A stretch of 64,000 bases of DNA, from contig JBHLOC010000009.1 of NCBI GenBank assembly GCA_048940925.1, positions 32,001 through 96,000 on the forward strand. The letters run 5' to 3'. How positions within the stretch are numbered: position 1 is the stretch's first letter; every line of letters starts with the position of its first letter. This document shows positions 62,672-64,000 of this stretch, in pieces. The notes beneath the pieces were generated by a model. That model saw only the letters and a list, made by a program, of their open reading frames with translations, had not been told where the DNA came from and searched no databases. The translations under genes and the position numbers were made by a program. The DNA is from Promethearchaeota archaeon. Lineage in GTDB: Archaea > Asgardarchaeota > Lokiarchaeia > Sigyniarchaeales > SOKP01.

Positions 62672-64000
62672 TCAAAATTGATATTTTCCTGCAGTTATTC
62701 CTTGAAAAATATCTTCTGTTAGAGGAATATACTCAGAACTGTTTGGTAAAAGTACATATAATGGATCATTTATCTCTTTAATATTATATCCTTCTTTTTT
62801 TAGTGTAATTTTCTTAATCTTAAAAGTAGCAGTGAAACTAAATTCATTAACAATTCGTACAAACTTAGGAATAGCATAATGTGGTATATTTTTTTGTAAA
62901 AAGTTCAATAATGCATTCAAATCAATTTCCCTATCAGTGCTTTTATGTACAGATACCATACCTGCACGACCCTCAGTATGTGGAATTATGACTCCATACA
63001 CAGAGCACATATCAATTTGTTCAAAAGTGTTAATTATCGATTCAACTTCTTCCGTAGATACATTTTCACCCTTCCATCTAAATGTATCACCTAATCGGTC
63101 TACGAATTGAACATGGCGATACCCAATATCTCTTAAAATATCTCCTGTATTGATATACATATCCCCATTTCTAAATACATTGCGAAATACTTTTTTCTCA
63201 GTTGCTTTTTCATCTTTATACATATAAAAATTATCGGGGTCTCTTATTTGACCAAGTAATAATCCAATCTCACCTATTTTTATTCTTTTCATGCGTCCTT
63301 TCTCATTTCTGATTGGCTTATCTGATTTAAAATCATATTTTACTATCGCATAAGGGGTTAAACATACTCCACAAGTCATATCAATATTATGCATATTAGC
63401 AAAATTCGGAGTAAAATCTTCTGTTGCTCCATAAAACTCTCTTATTTCTTCAATATTAAATCTTTTTTTAAAATTTAACCAAATATCGGATTTAAGCCCA
63501 TTCCCAACTATCTTTACAACAGGATTGTCCGCATCATTTGATTTTGGAGGTTGGTTATACAAATACCTACATATTTCTCCTACATAATTAAAACATGTAG
63601 CATTGTATTTTCGAATTTCATCCCAAAATTTACTTACACTAAATTTTCTGGCTAAAACCATTGCAGATCCATTATAAAGCGCTGCAGCAAAAGCTACTTT
63701 TATCCCATGACTATGAAATAATGGTGTTGTGATGTATATTATATCATCAGTATCCATTCCAATTATCATTCCTCCAAACCACCTCATTGCAGTTAAAATC
63801 GATCTATTTTTTAATATCGCAGCCTTTGGAAGTCCTGTCGTTCCTGATGTAAAAATATAAACAAATGGATCTGTCATTAAAATCTCTGAGGTTGTAGGAG
63901 GATTATTAGTATTAGAATTTTTAATACAATCTTTAAGATTGATGTATCCTTTTGGTATGTTATATTCACCTTTATCAGGCAGAAAAAAGAGATTTTTTCT
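62672..64000 (-). CDS. FATP-like very-long-chain acyl-CoA synthetase, 5' end outside the window
   Basis: YIFTSGTTGLPKA, FYGATE, DRLGDTFRWKGENVST. The frame is open to 64000. Confidence 0.92.
   Translation of the reverse strand, partial: RKNLFFLPDKGEYNIPKGYINLKDCIKNSNTNNPPTTSEILMTDPFVYIFTSGTTGLPKAAILKNRSILTAMRWFGGMIIGMDTDDIIYITTPLFHSHGIKVAFAAALYNGSAMVLARKFSVSKFWDEIRKYNATCFNYVGEICRYLYNQPPKSNDADNPVVKIVGNGLKSDIWLNFKKRFNIEEIREFYGATEDFTPNFANMHNIDMTCGVCLTPYAIVKYDFKSDKPIRNEKGRMKRIKIGEIGLLLGQIRDPDNFYMYKDEKATEKKVFRNVFRNGDMYINTGDILRDIGYRHVQFVDRLGDTFRWKGENVSTEEVESIINTFEQIDMCSVYGVIIPHTEGRAGMVSVHKSTDREIDLNALLNFLQKNIPHYAIPKFVRIVNEFSFTATFKIKKITLKKEGYNIKEINDPLYVLLPNSSEYIPLTEDIFQGITAGKYQF

Noticed and set aside
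1-64000. CRISPR arrays, IS elements, prophage, rRNA
   Set aside because: No spaced direct repeats, transposase, integrase or structural genes, or rRNA-like sequence were seen by eye.

Overview
AT-rich archaeal chromosomal segment whose gene content points to Asgard archaea (Lokiarchaeia-like): longin-fused small GTPase, Rag-like GTPase, IPGY-type C-terminal sorting signal, PCI-like and prenyltransferase-repeat proteins, ftr and an F420 reductase. This assignment is inferred, not searched. The window holds about 55 protein genes, one tRNA and two damaged genes, and I saw no CRISPR array or IS element. The main discovery is a 32-nt intron (44716-44747) with a full bulge-helix-bulge (BHB) motif inside a protein-coding gene, an FAD-linked oxidoreductase at 44590-46106. 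Cutting at the canonical archaeal splicing-endonuclease positions removes an in-frame stop and a frameshift and restores a 494-aa protein that aligns with an intact paralog in the same window. The window also has a tRNA-His(GUG) with two non-canonical BHB introns (32/33 and 58/59), which implies a relaxed-specificity splicing machinery. The second main item is an unusual six-gene ABC operon containing a prenyltransferase-repeat/TM/ABC-ATPase fusion, an RWD/UBC-like plus dead-ATPase fusion, and a longin-membrane protein. All product calls come from recognising motifs by eye.
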